Under the pieces are notes generated by a model. That model had not been told where the DNA came from, made no database searches, and worked only from the letters and a program-made list of their open reading frames with translations. Both the position numbers and the translations under genes were made by a program. From Octopus vulgaris (Eukaryota), in NCBI GenBank assembly GCA_951406725.2, contig OX597816.1, positions 161,634,001 through 161,698,000 of the forward strand: DNA of 64,000 nucleotides. The letters run 5' to 3'. This document shows positions 42,499-53,384 of this stretch, piece by piece (the stretch's first letter is position 1; each line of letters starts with the position of its first letter).

Positions 42499-42663
42499 TA
42501 GTGGCAGACGGGCTTTGTTGTAAACTAACTCAGATCTGTGACAAACCTAGATCGTTGCTTTGGGCAATGGATCGGGGCAAACCAGATGAATTCATGACAA
42601 CTAAAGACACATTACAACTAGTCAAAAAGATTGGAAGTGGGCAATTTGCTGAAGTTTACTATG
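42499..42663 (+). CDS. SH2 end, linker and Gly-loop exon: VVADGLCCKLTQICDKPRSLLWAMDRGKPDEFMTTKDTLQLVKKIGSGQFAEVYY
   Basis: ADGLC and GSGQFAEV motifs; atg|gtaagt donor; acceptor at 42498 preferred, with in-frame alternatives at 42501 and 42507. Confidence 0.92.
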
Positions 42664-42947
42664 GTAAGTTAATAAAATTATCTCCAACTAGAAACGATGT
42701 TTCTTGGGGCTAAATAACAGTAGCATTCTTCCCTTTCCTGGGACTGCTACATTAAGTTGGCAACAAACCATCACTTTATCATGCTGCTACTGTATAAGTC
42801 TCTCTAAGAGATTTTGAAATGCAATATTTCTAATTATTTATATCATTTTCTTGTAACCCCTGTCATTTGTAAAATTGTTGTTACTGGTTGTTGTTGTTGT
42901 TCTTAGAAATGAGGTAAGGTAGAATTAAAAAAGAAAAGCTTTGCTAA

Positions 42948-43440
42948 CCCATTAGAATTTGAACTGGCCATATCTGGTCCAAAATATTCTACCTTATTTT
43001 ATGTTGAAACTGGCTTCTCACACCTACCCTACAATGTTGTTCTAAAAATAAACAATCACATCATCAAAATCTCAAAGCAACACCATAATAATGCATGATT
43101 AATTCAAAACAATGTGAATAAATAAGAATAAATACATTTGACAGAATGAAGGTATGTAGCTCAGTGGTTAGGCTGTTGCATTCATGATTGCTAGATTGTG
43201 GGTTCAATTCTCTGATTGGGAAGTGTATTGTGTTCTTGCCAGAAATATTTCATATCGCATTGCTCTAGTCCCTCTTTTGGTCAAGGTGAAATGTTGACCT
43301 GCTCGCCTAGCCAACGGGGTGGCATTGTTTGAAGGCTAAAACAATGCAGAATTGCATTGTGACCAGTGATGTGTAATAATATCTAATAGCTTGGTCAGTA
43401 ATGTGATCATATTTGACAGAGTAATCTGAATGCTAAAGGG
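42948..43440 (+). mobile_element. piggyBac-type MITE family 2 with a nested SINE (43146-43410)
   Basis: CCCATTAG...CTAAAGGG|TTAA termini; nested SINE flanked by ATTTGACAGA duplication (43136-43145, 43411-43420). Confidence 0.7.
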
Positions 43441-43468
43441 TTAATGTCATGTCTCCTTCCATGTATGT

Positions 43469-43511
<43 letters not shown>

Positions 43512-43635
43512 AAATTTAAATAATGAGGGTGTTAAATTTAATATTAATTTTATTAACATCAATTTAAAACCAGTAGCCTAGCATATAGAAAAATCTGAAA
43601 ATTGTGAAAATTTATATGTATTCTGTATGTATTAC

Positions 43636-43681
<46 letters not shown>

Positions 43682-44314
43682 CTCCTAACAGTTTTTCAAG
43701 CCAATCAGATGGAGGAATGGATAAACACCATGTGTGTGTGTGTAGTTGTAATGCCAATAATGCTAAAATTGATATTAAATATGACTAGGCCAGCAAAATA
43801 ATCGAACAGGAAAGGTAAAGTGTAACGATGATCATTAAGAAAATTCAATGCAACCACAACATATGTGATTCAAAGTACACTTAACTGTTTTGTGACCATA
43901 TCTCTAATGGAATACGCTGTTTTAATTCATTTGGCGGTGTTAACTGACTTATCCATTATTAAGTTGGTGTTAGAATGTAGCTTAACATAAAATGATGAGG
44001 GAATATTTAGACAACTTGAAAACAGTAATTAACAGCAAGTTATGACAGTTTCTGTGCAGTCAACTATTAAATTACTTCGCAGAATCATATATTGGTATTT
44101 GTAATTCTGTGTTTGATTTTTAAATTATTCTCTGTGATTTTTGAGTTATATTTACATAAACCACCTTAATAGCTCAGAATGTAACAGATGTTTATACAAG
44201 TATGCACTGAGCACTATATTGATTTCAACATGTCAATCACATTTTCTTCTACATCTGTTGCAGGTGAGCATCTGGCTCGTAGGCAACTGAAGCTAAAGAC
44301 TTAATACTTCTTAA

Positions 44315-44665
44315 CCATTTAGCATTTGACCCTTTGGATACCAACCCATTCAAAGAGGCCCTGGTATCTCTGATACAAACTTCATGTTTTAAAGGGATTT
44401 ACATTAAAACCTGTCATCAAAATTCCGTGTTAATTTATGTTTCAAATACTGGCTTGATTTAGACAAAGTTATGTTAGTAAATTAAAAATTTTTTTTCACA
44501 ATTAGGCGCAGGAGTGGTTCTGTGGTAAGTAGCTTGCTTACCAACCACATGGTTCCGGGTTCAGTCCCACTGCATGGCACCTTGGGCAAGTGCCTTCTAC
44601 TATAGCCTCGGGCTGACCCAAGCCTTGTGAGTGGATTTGGTAGACGGAAACTGAAAGAAGCTCAT

Positions 44666-44707
<42 letters not shown>

Positions 44708-45432
44708 TGTGTGTCTGTGTTTGTCCCCCCAACTTCGCTTGACAACTGATGATGGTATGTTTACGTCCCCATCACTTAGCAGTTTGGCAAGAGAGACCGA
44801 TAGAATAAGTACTAGGCTTACAAAGAATAAGTCCTGGGGTCGATTTGCTCGACTAAAGGCAGTGCTCCAGCATGGCCGCAGTCAAATGACTGAAACAAAT
44901 AAAAAGAAAGAAAGAATTGATTGAAACAAGGGCAGCATATTTCAATAGCGATACGGTAACAAAAGGATTAAGCAAGCCATATCCAACTCAAATATTCTAC
45001 CTGTTTTATATTCAAACCAACCAGATCCTGCCCCTCACACCTACCCTGCAATGTTATTCTAAAAATTAGACAATCACATCATCGAGCTCTTGAAGATATG
45101 AGATAATGCATGATTGATTCAAAACAATCATCATCATTTAACACTTGTTTTCCATGCTGACATGGATTGGATGGTTTGGTAGAAACTGGTAAACTAGTGA
45201 GCTTCACCAGGCTCCAATTGTCTGTTTTGACATAGTTTCTATAGCTGACTACCAACCATTTTACAAAGTGTACTGGGTGCTTTTTTTATGTGGCACCAGC
45301 ACCAGCAGAGTTGCCAAGTAATTTGCAATACAATGACTTCTTACTCGAGAGGAGTCAAACTGAGGGAAGTGGCTGTGTACCAGTTGAATAAATAAACATT
45401 ACAAATGACAGAGTAATTGGATTGCTAAATGG
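44315..45432 (+). mobile_element. MITE family 2 carrying nested insertions (family-1-like MITE, SINE, RTE tail)
   Basis: Perfect 10-bp TIR CCATTTAGCA/TGCTAAATGG with TTAA/TTAT flanks; body homologous to 42948-43440 once inserts are removed. Confidence 0.7.
44504..44915 (+). mobile_element. tRNA-derived SINE family A, representative copy. Others at about 2043-2367(-), 9298-9870, 10390-11435, 19010-19627(-), 20345-20690, 28595-29330(-, two), 31905-32285(-), 52940-53335, 56028-56395, 61043-61420
   Basis: A-box-like TGGTTCTGTGG, B-box GGTTCAGTCC (44558-44567), CCTTGGGCAAG core, internal (TA/TG)n, A-rich tail; many homologous copies. Confidence 0.88.
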
Positions 45433-45492
45433 TTATGTAAAAAGTTCAATTCCCTTATCATTTTATATGCTAAGAAGAAATATATCATACAA

Positions 45493-45727
45493 TAAGGGTG
45501 GCAAGCTGGCAGAATCGTTAGCATGCCGGCAAAATACTTGGTGGTATTTCGTCTGTCTTTACGTTGTGAGTTCAAATTCCGCCAAGGTCGACTTTGCCTT
45601 TCATCCTTTCGGGGTCGATAAATTAAGTACCAGTTATGCACTGGGGTCGATGTAATCGACTTAATCCCTTTGTCTGTCCTTGTTTGTCCCCTCTATGTTT
45701 AGCCCCTTGTGGGCAATAAAGAAATAA
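45493..45727 (+). mobile_element. tRNA-derived SINE family B, young copy. Others at about 6192-6675 (two), 11497-11714(-), 12108-12570(-), 19242-19447(-), 24793-25023(-), 26254-26865(-), 32450-33640(-), 51413-51820, 59346-59535
   Basis: Head AAGG..G.AAGCTGGCAGAATCGTTAG, B-box GAGTTCAAATTCC, core GTCGACTTTGCCTTTCATCCTTTCGGGGTCGATAAA; 19-bp TSD TAAGAAGAAATATATCATA (45471-45489, 45725-45743). Confidence 0.9.
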
Positions 45728-45828
45728 GAAGAAATATATCATAATTATTCTCTCACTATCAATGTCTAATTAGTATTTAATGTAATTAATATTCATGTAA
45801 AAAATTTTTGTTAATATTTTTGTTGCAG

Positions 45829-46085
45829 CAAAATGGAATAACCAAGTTGAAGCCGCAGTGAAAATGCAGAAAAAAGACTGTGTGACGACTGCTGCATTTT
45901 TAGATGAAGCTCAAATTTTAAAAAGCATACAACATAACAACATCGTCAAGCTACTGGCAGTTTGTAGTGATGAACCTGTCTATTTAGTAACTGAGTATAT
46001 GGTAAACGGACGTCTTTCACAATACCTTCGTGAAGGGAAAGGAAAGCAGCTAGGTTTGACTAGCTTACTTTGGATATCAGCACAG
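45829..46085 (+). CDS. Kinase N-lobe and hinge exon: AKWNNQVEAAVKMQKKDCVTTAAFLDEAQILKSIQHNNIVKLLAVCSDEPVYLVTEYMVNGRLSQYLREGKGKQLGLTSLLWISAQ
   Basis: ttgcag acceptor; cag|gtaaga donor; AVK lysine, FLDEA alphaC Glu, LVTEYM gatekeeper and hinge. Confidence 0.96.
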
Positions 46086-46149
46086 GTAAGATAAAACATA
46101 AACATTTCATTGGTGGCATGGGTTTCTAAAAAACAATGAGTTCCTTTCA

Positions 46150-46605
46150 GTTTTACATGGCATGTAAAAAGTGCCATCCGAGAGTGGTCGATGCCAGTGC
46201 CACATGACTGGCTCCTGTACTGGTGACACGTAAAAAGCACCATTTGAACATGGACGATACCAGTGCTGCCTGATTAGCTCTTGTGCTATTGGCATGTAAA
46301 AAGCATTATTTGAGCGTGGCTGATGCCAGTGCCGCCTGACTGGCTCTTGTGCTGGTGGCATGTAAAAAGCATCATTCAAGTGTGGTCGCTGCTAGTACCG
46401 CCTGACTGGCCCCCATGCCAGTAGTACGTAAAAACACCCACTACACTCTTGGAGCAGTTGGCATTAGAAAGGGCAGGGCATCAAGCTGTAGAAACCTTGC
46501 CAGAACAGATTGGAGCCTGCTGCAGCCTCCTGGCTTGCCAGTCTTCAGTCAAACTGTCCAACCCATGCCAGCATGGAAAGCAGAAATTAAACGATGATGA
46601 TGATG
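46150..46605 (+). mobile_element. RTE 3' UTR fragment with about five 66-bp internal tandem units. Similar tails at about 7250-7562, 12680-12870(-), 26940-27195, 33670-33960, 38010-38660, 50790-51115, 53385-53605
   Basis: Unit GCCAGTGCCGCCTGACTGGCTC.TGTGCTGGTGGCA.GTAAAAAGCACCATT; shared terminus CCAACCCATGCCAGCATGGAAA...TTAAA(C/T)GATGATG. Confidence 0.85.
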
Positions 46606-46739
46606 TAGTAAAGTCCCTTTATTTGTTAATTTTATTTAACCCACCTAACATCATCCTTCTTTTGTCTTCTCCTTTCTGCTGTTCCATCATTACTATTCTG
46701 CTGCTCAGCACTGTCAGCCATGCCTCTCACTACTGATGG

Positions 46740-47070
46740 TGTGGAGAGCACAAGTTAAGCAGGCAGGCCACCATCTTTGAATGCCCGACACATGATTCTC
46801 CAAGAGACTATTTTACAGCAAATTGTCAGGAGGCAAGCACTGACAAGGTGGACAGAAAAAATGTTATAAGGGCACAAAGAAAATGTGAACTACATAAGTC
46901 CGGAGCCAACTCCTTACCTTCAATTCTAACAGACCCCCAGTGCCTGACTTGTGGCAGAGCCTTCTGAGCATGCATCAGACCGAATGGCTACAGCCAGACA
47001 GAACATGCCCCCCACTTCTCTATTGTGATGCCCTTGGTCATTATCAACATTGATGGAATGAACTAATAAT
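46740..47070 (+). mobile_element. RTE/BovB-like LINE remnant
   Basis: Frameshifted AGH...MPD...KRLFY...GGK...GGQKK.YK segment and a C-terminal CLTCGRAF motif. Confidence 0.65.
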
Positions 47071-49041
47071 ACTGTCAGTCATCTCCTACTATGCCTCCTC
47101 TTCATCACTCTCTGGTTCCACTTTAGTCTCAGATAAGGTACTTCTGTTGGTAAGTGACCAAAGCGAAGGAAGTGTTAAGAACATCAGTAGAAGAGTTTTA
47201 TGGCCAATTGAACAGTTTTATCTGGTCCAGTGAGTCATCATTTCAGAGTTGAATAGTGTCCAGAATTATTCATGTATCTGATAATGATCATTACTGATAA
47301 ATTAGGGATGAGATAATGCAAAAACAACGATGGTATTCATTTAATAGTTGGATTAACAATGATTATAAATGCGTGTGCATATGTGAGAAGAAAACAACAA
47401 AAATGTATGTATACAGACATGCATGTGTACGTACATGAGAGAATGAGCAAAAGTGTTTGTGTGTGTGTGTGTGTGTGTGTATATTTCTGAGTGTGAATAT
47501 GTATGTGAGTATGCATTTGTGTGTGGAATTGGCATACATACCTATGTGTGTACATTAGTGTGTTAGTATACTTGTATGTATGTGTGCATGTTTGCTTTGG
47601 TCAGCTTAGCATTTCATTGCTCGTTAATTAACAGTTATCAATCTAATTAAAGCAGCAACTTGAATGTAGAGTATTGACTTGTCTGCTTATTTATACAGAG
47701 ATTGTGTGGCCGAGACAGTTGGCATGAGTCATTACTGGAATCGGATTCCTCTTGATTTTGATAAACAAAGCTTTCAGCCAACCATCTTGAAAACTGAAAG
47801 AAAATGCATTCATGTAACTATATATGAGTGTGTTTCAGTTGGCAGTTTAGCCTTGGTCAGCCTTGATAGAATAGATGGTCTCGGCTTCATGACCATCCTT
47901 CTTGTCTTTTTAGAGTTACCCATGACTACATTATTCTTCTTTATCCTTTTATTCTCTTAATGGTTTCAGTCGTAGGGCTGCAGCCAAGCTGAAGCACTGC
48001 CTGAATTTATTTTCTCTCTGTTTTGTTGTTGCTTCATGACTGGAAGTTTGTCTGTGATTGAGTTTGTTGCAGCTGATCTTCCCTGAGTGTATCTTCGAAT
48101 GGTTAGCTGGCCTGGTGTCATCGTTAGTTTATCTAATCATCATCATCATCACTCGATACCCATTTTCCATGCTGGCATGGGTTGAACAGTTTGACAGGAC
48201 CTGGTGAGTTGGAGACCTGCACCAGGCTCCCATTGTCAGTTTTGGATTGGTTTCTATGGCCGGATGCTAACCACTTTACAGAGTGTACTGAATACCTTTT
48301 ATGTGGCGCTGACACAGGTTCTTCCCACATGGCACCAGCACAGTTGCTTTTCACATGTTTCAATAGAGGTTCTTGAGATGTGATATGAGGTTTACATGAC
48401 TGCTATTTTAGCATGTTGCTTGACAAGGTAGTGGATCCTTTGTTGGCCTCTATATATAATTCATGTGGTGTTTATGTGTACATGTATGTGTATTAAAGGC
48501 TTCTATATAGTCAATGTTTGTTATAAGAAAGCACATAGCTTAGTGGTTAGGGCATTCAGCTCTTTAGTGTAGGATCATGAGTTCAGTTCCTAGCAACATA
48601 TTGTGTCCTTGAGTGAGACATTATTTCACATCGCTCCAGTCCACTCACCTGGCAAAAATGAGTTGTACTTATAATTGGAAGAGTCAACCTTGTCACATTC
48701 TGTGTCACACTGAATCTCCCTGAGAACTACATTAAATGTACGCATGTCTGTGGAGTGCTCAGCTGCTTGCATGCTAATTTCATGAGCAGGCTATTTGGTT
48801 GTTCGAATCGACTGGAACCCCCATTGTCATAACTGACAGAGAGCCAGGCCATTTGTCACAGACAGAAAAGTTCACTTAACATCAGTGTTTCATGATTTAT
48901 CAATTAATTCTGAAATTTAAAAAAAAACTAAATATTTATCAGCAGGAAAGCTTATTAATCACATGACATTTTTTCAAGACTTTTATATGATTTTGTTGGT
49001 CCTTGTTTTGTTAAAATTTGTGTTTTTTCTTTTTGTCGTAG

Positions 49042-49195
49042 ATTGCTGATGGGATGGCATATATGGAAACTGAAAATTTCATTCACAGAAACCTCGGAGC
49101 TCGTAATATATTGGTCGGAGATCAAAATCTTGTGAAAATTGCAGGGTTTGGAATGAGTAAAGTTGCTGACGATCCCGACTTCAATTTTAGAAAAG
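49042..49195 (+). CDS. Catalytic and activation loop exon: IADGMAYMETENFIHRNLGARNILVGDQNLVKIAGFGMSKVADDPDFNFRK
   Basis: tcgtag acceptor; aag|gtatat donor; 154 nt; IA.GMAY.E and ARNILV kinase motifs. Not in the supplied + strand ORF track. Confidence 0.96.
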
Positions 49196-52100
49196 GTATA
49201 TTGCTTTATTGAATTTACTGGCTCATTTAGGAGTAATTGTATCAATTAGCCAAACATAATGTTGAGTATTTCTTGAGATTTCTGTTATAGACATGGTTTT
49301 GCTACTGAAGATACATTACACTATTTATCATCATCATCCTCATCATCATCATCAACAACATCATCATTTAACTCATTTAACTTTCCATGCTGGCACAGGC
49401 TGGAAGGTTTGGCAGGAGCTGGCAAGCTGGAGGGCTACACTGGGCACTAGTCATTTGTTTTGGCATGGTTTCTACAGCCGGATGCCCTTCCCAAGGCCAA
49501 CCACTTTACAGGGTATACTGGGTGGTTTTTACATGGTGCCAGCCCCAATGCTTTTTACATGACACCGGTAACAAAAAGGTTAAATTTTCATTAATAACCT
49601 TAACATCTTGTTTGTATTGTTGTTGTTGTTGTTGGGTAGGTTTGATCAATACTTTCTATGAATGCTCTTGGTTTGCTGTCCTGTCAAAAGATATCAATAT
49701 CCTATATTGGTATCTTTGGCACCTGGACTCTATCTGAGTCTTCTATTACCATGTGATTGATTTATTAATAATATGCAAACTGTCTGCTGTGTATTTTCTT
49801 TGATGTCACTGTTGGAAGGATTAAATGGAGCAATTAATATAATTAACAGTAATTACTGAAGTTCATTCATATCTGATTTTATAGACCCGATGCTTTATTC
49901 ATCATATTTCACTTCACTTACCTATTAGAAACGGCTACTAGATCTTTTGACAACGCTGTCTCTGATAATATAATTGTCTTTTGTATTAATAACACAACTC
50001 ATTTCACAGCTGTATTATCAGAAGCTACATGAGTCCTTCAAGTTCATAGAGATTATTATTTTAATATCTGTATTAATAGAAATCTTGTAATTATATGCAT
50101 AAATGGTAATAGTGATTCTGATGAATCACAAATTTTCATGACTTGTTTGTGAAAAAGCAGACAATAATGATTAATTATATTATAATGTGTATAAGTCTAC
50201 CTGGTTTTTAAAATTTTAAGTTCAGTCTTTTTTTTTTTTTTTTTTTTGCTGTAGCTATTTATTTGATACATTTTATTTCCAGCCTGTGGATTTTGCTATT
50301 GTTATCACTAAATAAGGAAATAATGAGTTAATTGTCTCGTTATATAAACATTGTTGCTAACAAGTTCATGTTTAAACTTTAATTAAATATTAAAAAAAAA
50401 AATCTTGGAGACAAAAAAAAACAAAACTAAATATTTGATTGATGACATCTAATATCATGGAGATTTTCCCACATGAAATGAATGCAAATGATCCTGCTTA
50501 AAATCTCGTTTATATCAAAGACATAATATTCATTATAGCATCACCTTCTCAAATGAAATTCTTTTTTCATTGACAATTCTGACTCATTCAAACATCATCA
50601 TCTTCGTCATCATTTTATATCTATCTTCCATGCTAACATAGGTTGAGCAGGTTAACAGGACCGGATGGGATAAAGCAATATGTTGTGATCCAAATCTCAG
50701 TTTTGTCCTCTCCTAATACCAACTACTCTACAGCATATATTGGGCACTTTTTTTCTTCTTTTTGTGATGCTTGCCAGAGCAGCCAACTAGCTTCTATGTC
50801 GGTGGCACGTAAAAGGGCACCATTCGAGCGTGATCGTTACCAATGTCACCTTACTGGTACCTGTGCTGGTGGCATGTGTAAAAAGATTCGAGCGACATTG
50901 TTGCCAGTACCGCCTGACTGGCCCCTGTGCCGGTGGCACGTAAAAAGCACCCACTACACTCTCAGAGTGGTTGGCGTTAGGAAGGGCATCCAGCTGTAGA
51001 AACTCTGCCGAATCAAGATTGGAGCCTGGTGCAGCCATCTGGTTTGCCAGCCCTCAGTCAAAATCGTCCAACCCATGCTAGCATGGAAAGCGGACGTTAA
51101 ACGATGATGATGATTTACATTCTGTGCTGAGCTGATCTATCTACAGACAATGTCATTTGTTGACATTTCCCAGTAAATATATCATGTGACAGCTCTACAT
51201 TTTCGAAAAGAAAGTGCCATGCTGATACCATGAGAAACAGCACCTGGTATACTCTGTAAAGTGCTTGATGTTAGGAAGAGCATCCAGCTGTAGAAACCAT
51301 GCTAAAATAGACAATTGGAGCCTGGTGCAGCTCTCTGACTTGCCAGCTCTTGCCAAACTGTCCAACCCATGCCAGCATGGAAAACAGGCATTAGATGACA
51401 ACAATGACAACAAAAGGCAGCGAGTTGGCAGAAATGTTAGCACACCGGGCGAAATGCTTAGCAGTATTTCGTCTGTTGCTATTTTCTGAGTTCAAATTCT
51501 GCCGAGGTCGACTTTGCCTTTCATCCTTTCGGGGTCAATCAAATAAGTACCAGTTACGCACTGGGGTCAATGTAATTGACTTAATCTGTGTGTCTGTCCT
51601 TGTTTAGCTCCTTGTGGGTAGTAAAGAAATAGGTATTTCGTCTGCCACTACATTCTGAGCTCAAATTCCGCTGAAGTCGACTTTGCTTTTCATCCTTTCG
51701 GGGTCGATTAAATAAGTACCAGTTACACACTGGGGTCAATATAATCGACTCAGTACTTTTGTCTGTCCTTGTTTATCCCCTCTATGTTTAGCCCCTTGTG
51801 GGCAGTAAAGAAATAAGAAATAAGATGACAACAATGATGATAATAAAGGGGAATGATAACACCCTTAATTAAGAAGCATTTATGGGTTTGTGAGAGGAAG
51901 GGCATCCAGCTATAAAGCAATGCTTTCCGTAACATGTATTCACCTAAAACCATTCCAGCATGGGAAAAGATGAACATAAACTGAACGACCAGTGGACACG
52001 TCCAACCCAGGGCTAACACTGGAAAGTGATGTAAAATGATGATAAAGATGATGATGATGGTGATGAAACATTAAAGATTTACATCCATTTTATTAACTGT

Positions 52101-53337
52101 TTTTATTTCTATAGGAATGCAGAAAGGAAATAATATCTGGCAATGTTGAAATACTACTTTTTTGCCTTTTTAAAAGGATACATTAGTAGCTAGCCATGTT
52201 AATCACTGCCAAGTAGCATTCATGTAGACTTTTAGTTCCCAGCTTTTCCTTTCTTCTTTCTTTCTTTTTTTTCTGTTTTTTTTTTCTTTTTTCTTTTTTT
52301 TTTTTTCCACCCTACATTCTGTTATTATAAGAGAAAGGTCTCTAATAGTTAGGACAGAGAATATTCCAGCTAGAAATCTACTGATGTCTAAATTAATAGC
52401 TGAAACAATAATTTTAGATCTCGTTACAGCTACATTTAGAGGTTATTTTACTGTCTTTGAGCTCAGTTGTTACTACCACTACCACCACCACCACTACTAC
52501 TGCTACTACTACATTTATTTCCTGCCATTTGAAATTTCCCACAAGTCAAGTCAGCACTTCCTGTGCAACAGGAAGTGAAGTTAGAGATTTCCTTGTGTAG
52601 CTTAATAACACATTTGTATTTGGCATATTTCATGTTTTTTCTTGGTTTTTTTTTTATTCACTAATTCTGATGTTCTGTTAGTGTGTGTGTATGTGTGATG
52701 TACTAATGCAGTGAATTTTAGAGAGGTTCTAAGTATTTATCTACCATTTGATGGTTTCCCAGCATTACACTGTTGTAAGCTTTTTGCTTATCATTTGACT
52801 ATAACACAACCAAAATTATGTAGCTAATGGTTTTTAAGTATCTTTTCTATAGGTAAAAGTTCATTTACAAAAACTGTGGATGAAAGAAAAAGATTTTTCC
52901 TAATCCAACTGGTATATATATATATATATATTTAGATAAATGTGGCTGTAGTAAGATGTTTGCTTCCCAACTACAGAGTTCCAGGTTCAGTCCCACTGCC
53001 TGGCACATTAGGCATGTATCTTCTGCTATAAGCTCTGGCCAGGCAAAGCCCTGTGAGTGGACTTGGTACACGGAAACCTGAAAAAAGTCTGTTGTATCTA
53101 TGTGTGTCTTTCTATCTCTGTCTGTCCCCATGCACACTCACCCACTACCACCACTGCTTGGCAACTGGTGTTTGTGTGTTTACATCCCCATAACTTAGCA
53201 GTTCAGCTAAAGAGACCAATAGAATAAGTCTCAGGCTTGAAACGAAAATAAGCACTAAACTAAAAGATTCTTCAAGGTCATGTCCCAGCATGGGCACAAT
53301 CTAGAAGCTGAAACAGTTAAAAAATAAAAGATGAACA

Positions 53338-53384
<47 letters not shown>

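Noticed and set aside
46150-46440. Regularly spaced repeats with hairpins resembling a CRISPR array
   Set aside because: The whole 66-bp unit is repeated, so there are no unique spacers. It is part of the RTE 3' UTR, the context is eukaryotic and there are no cas genes.
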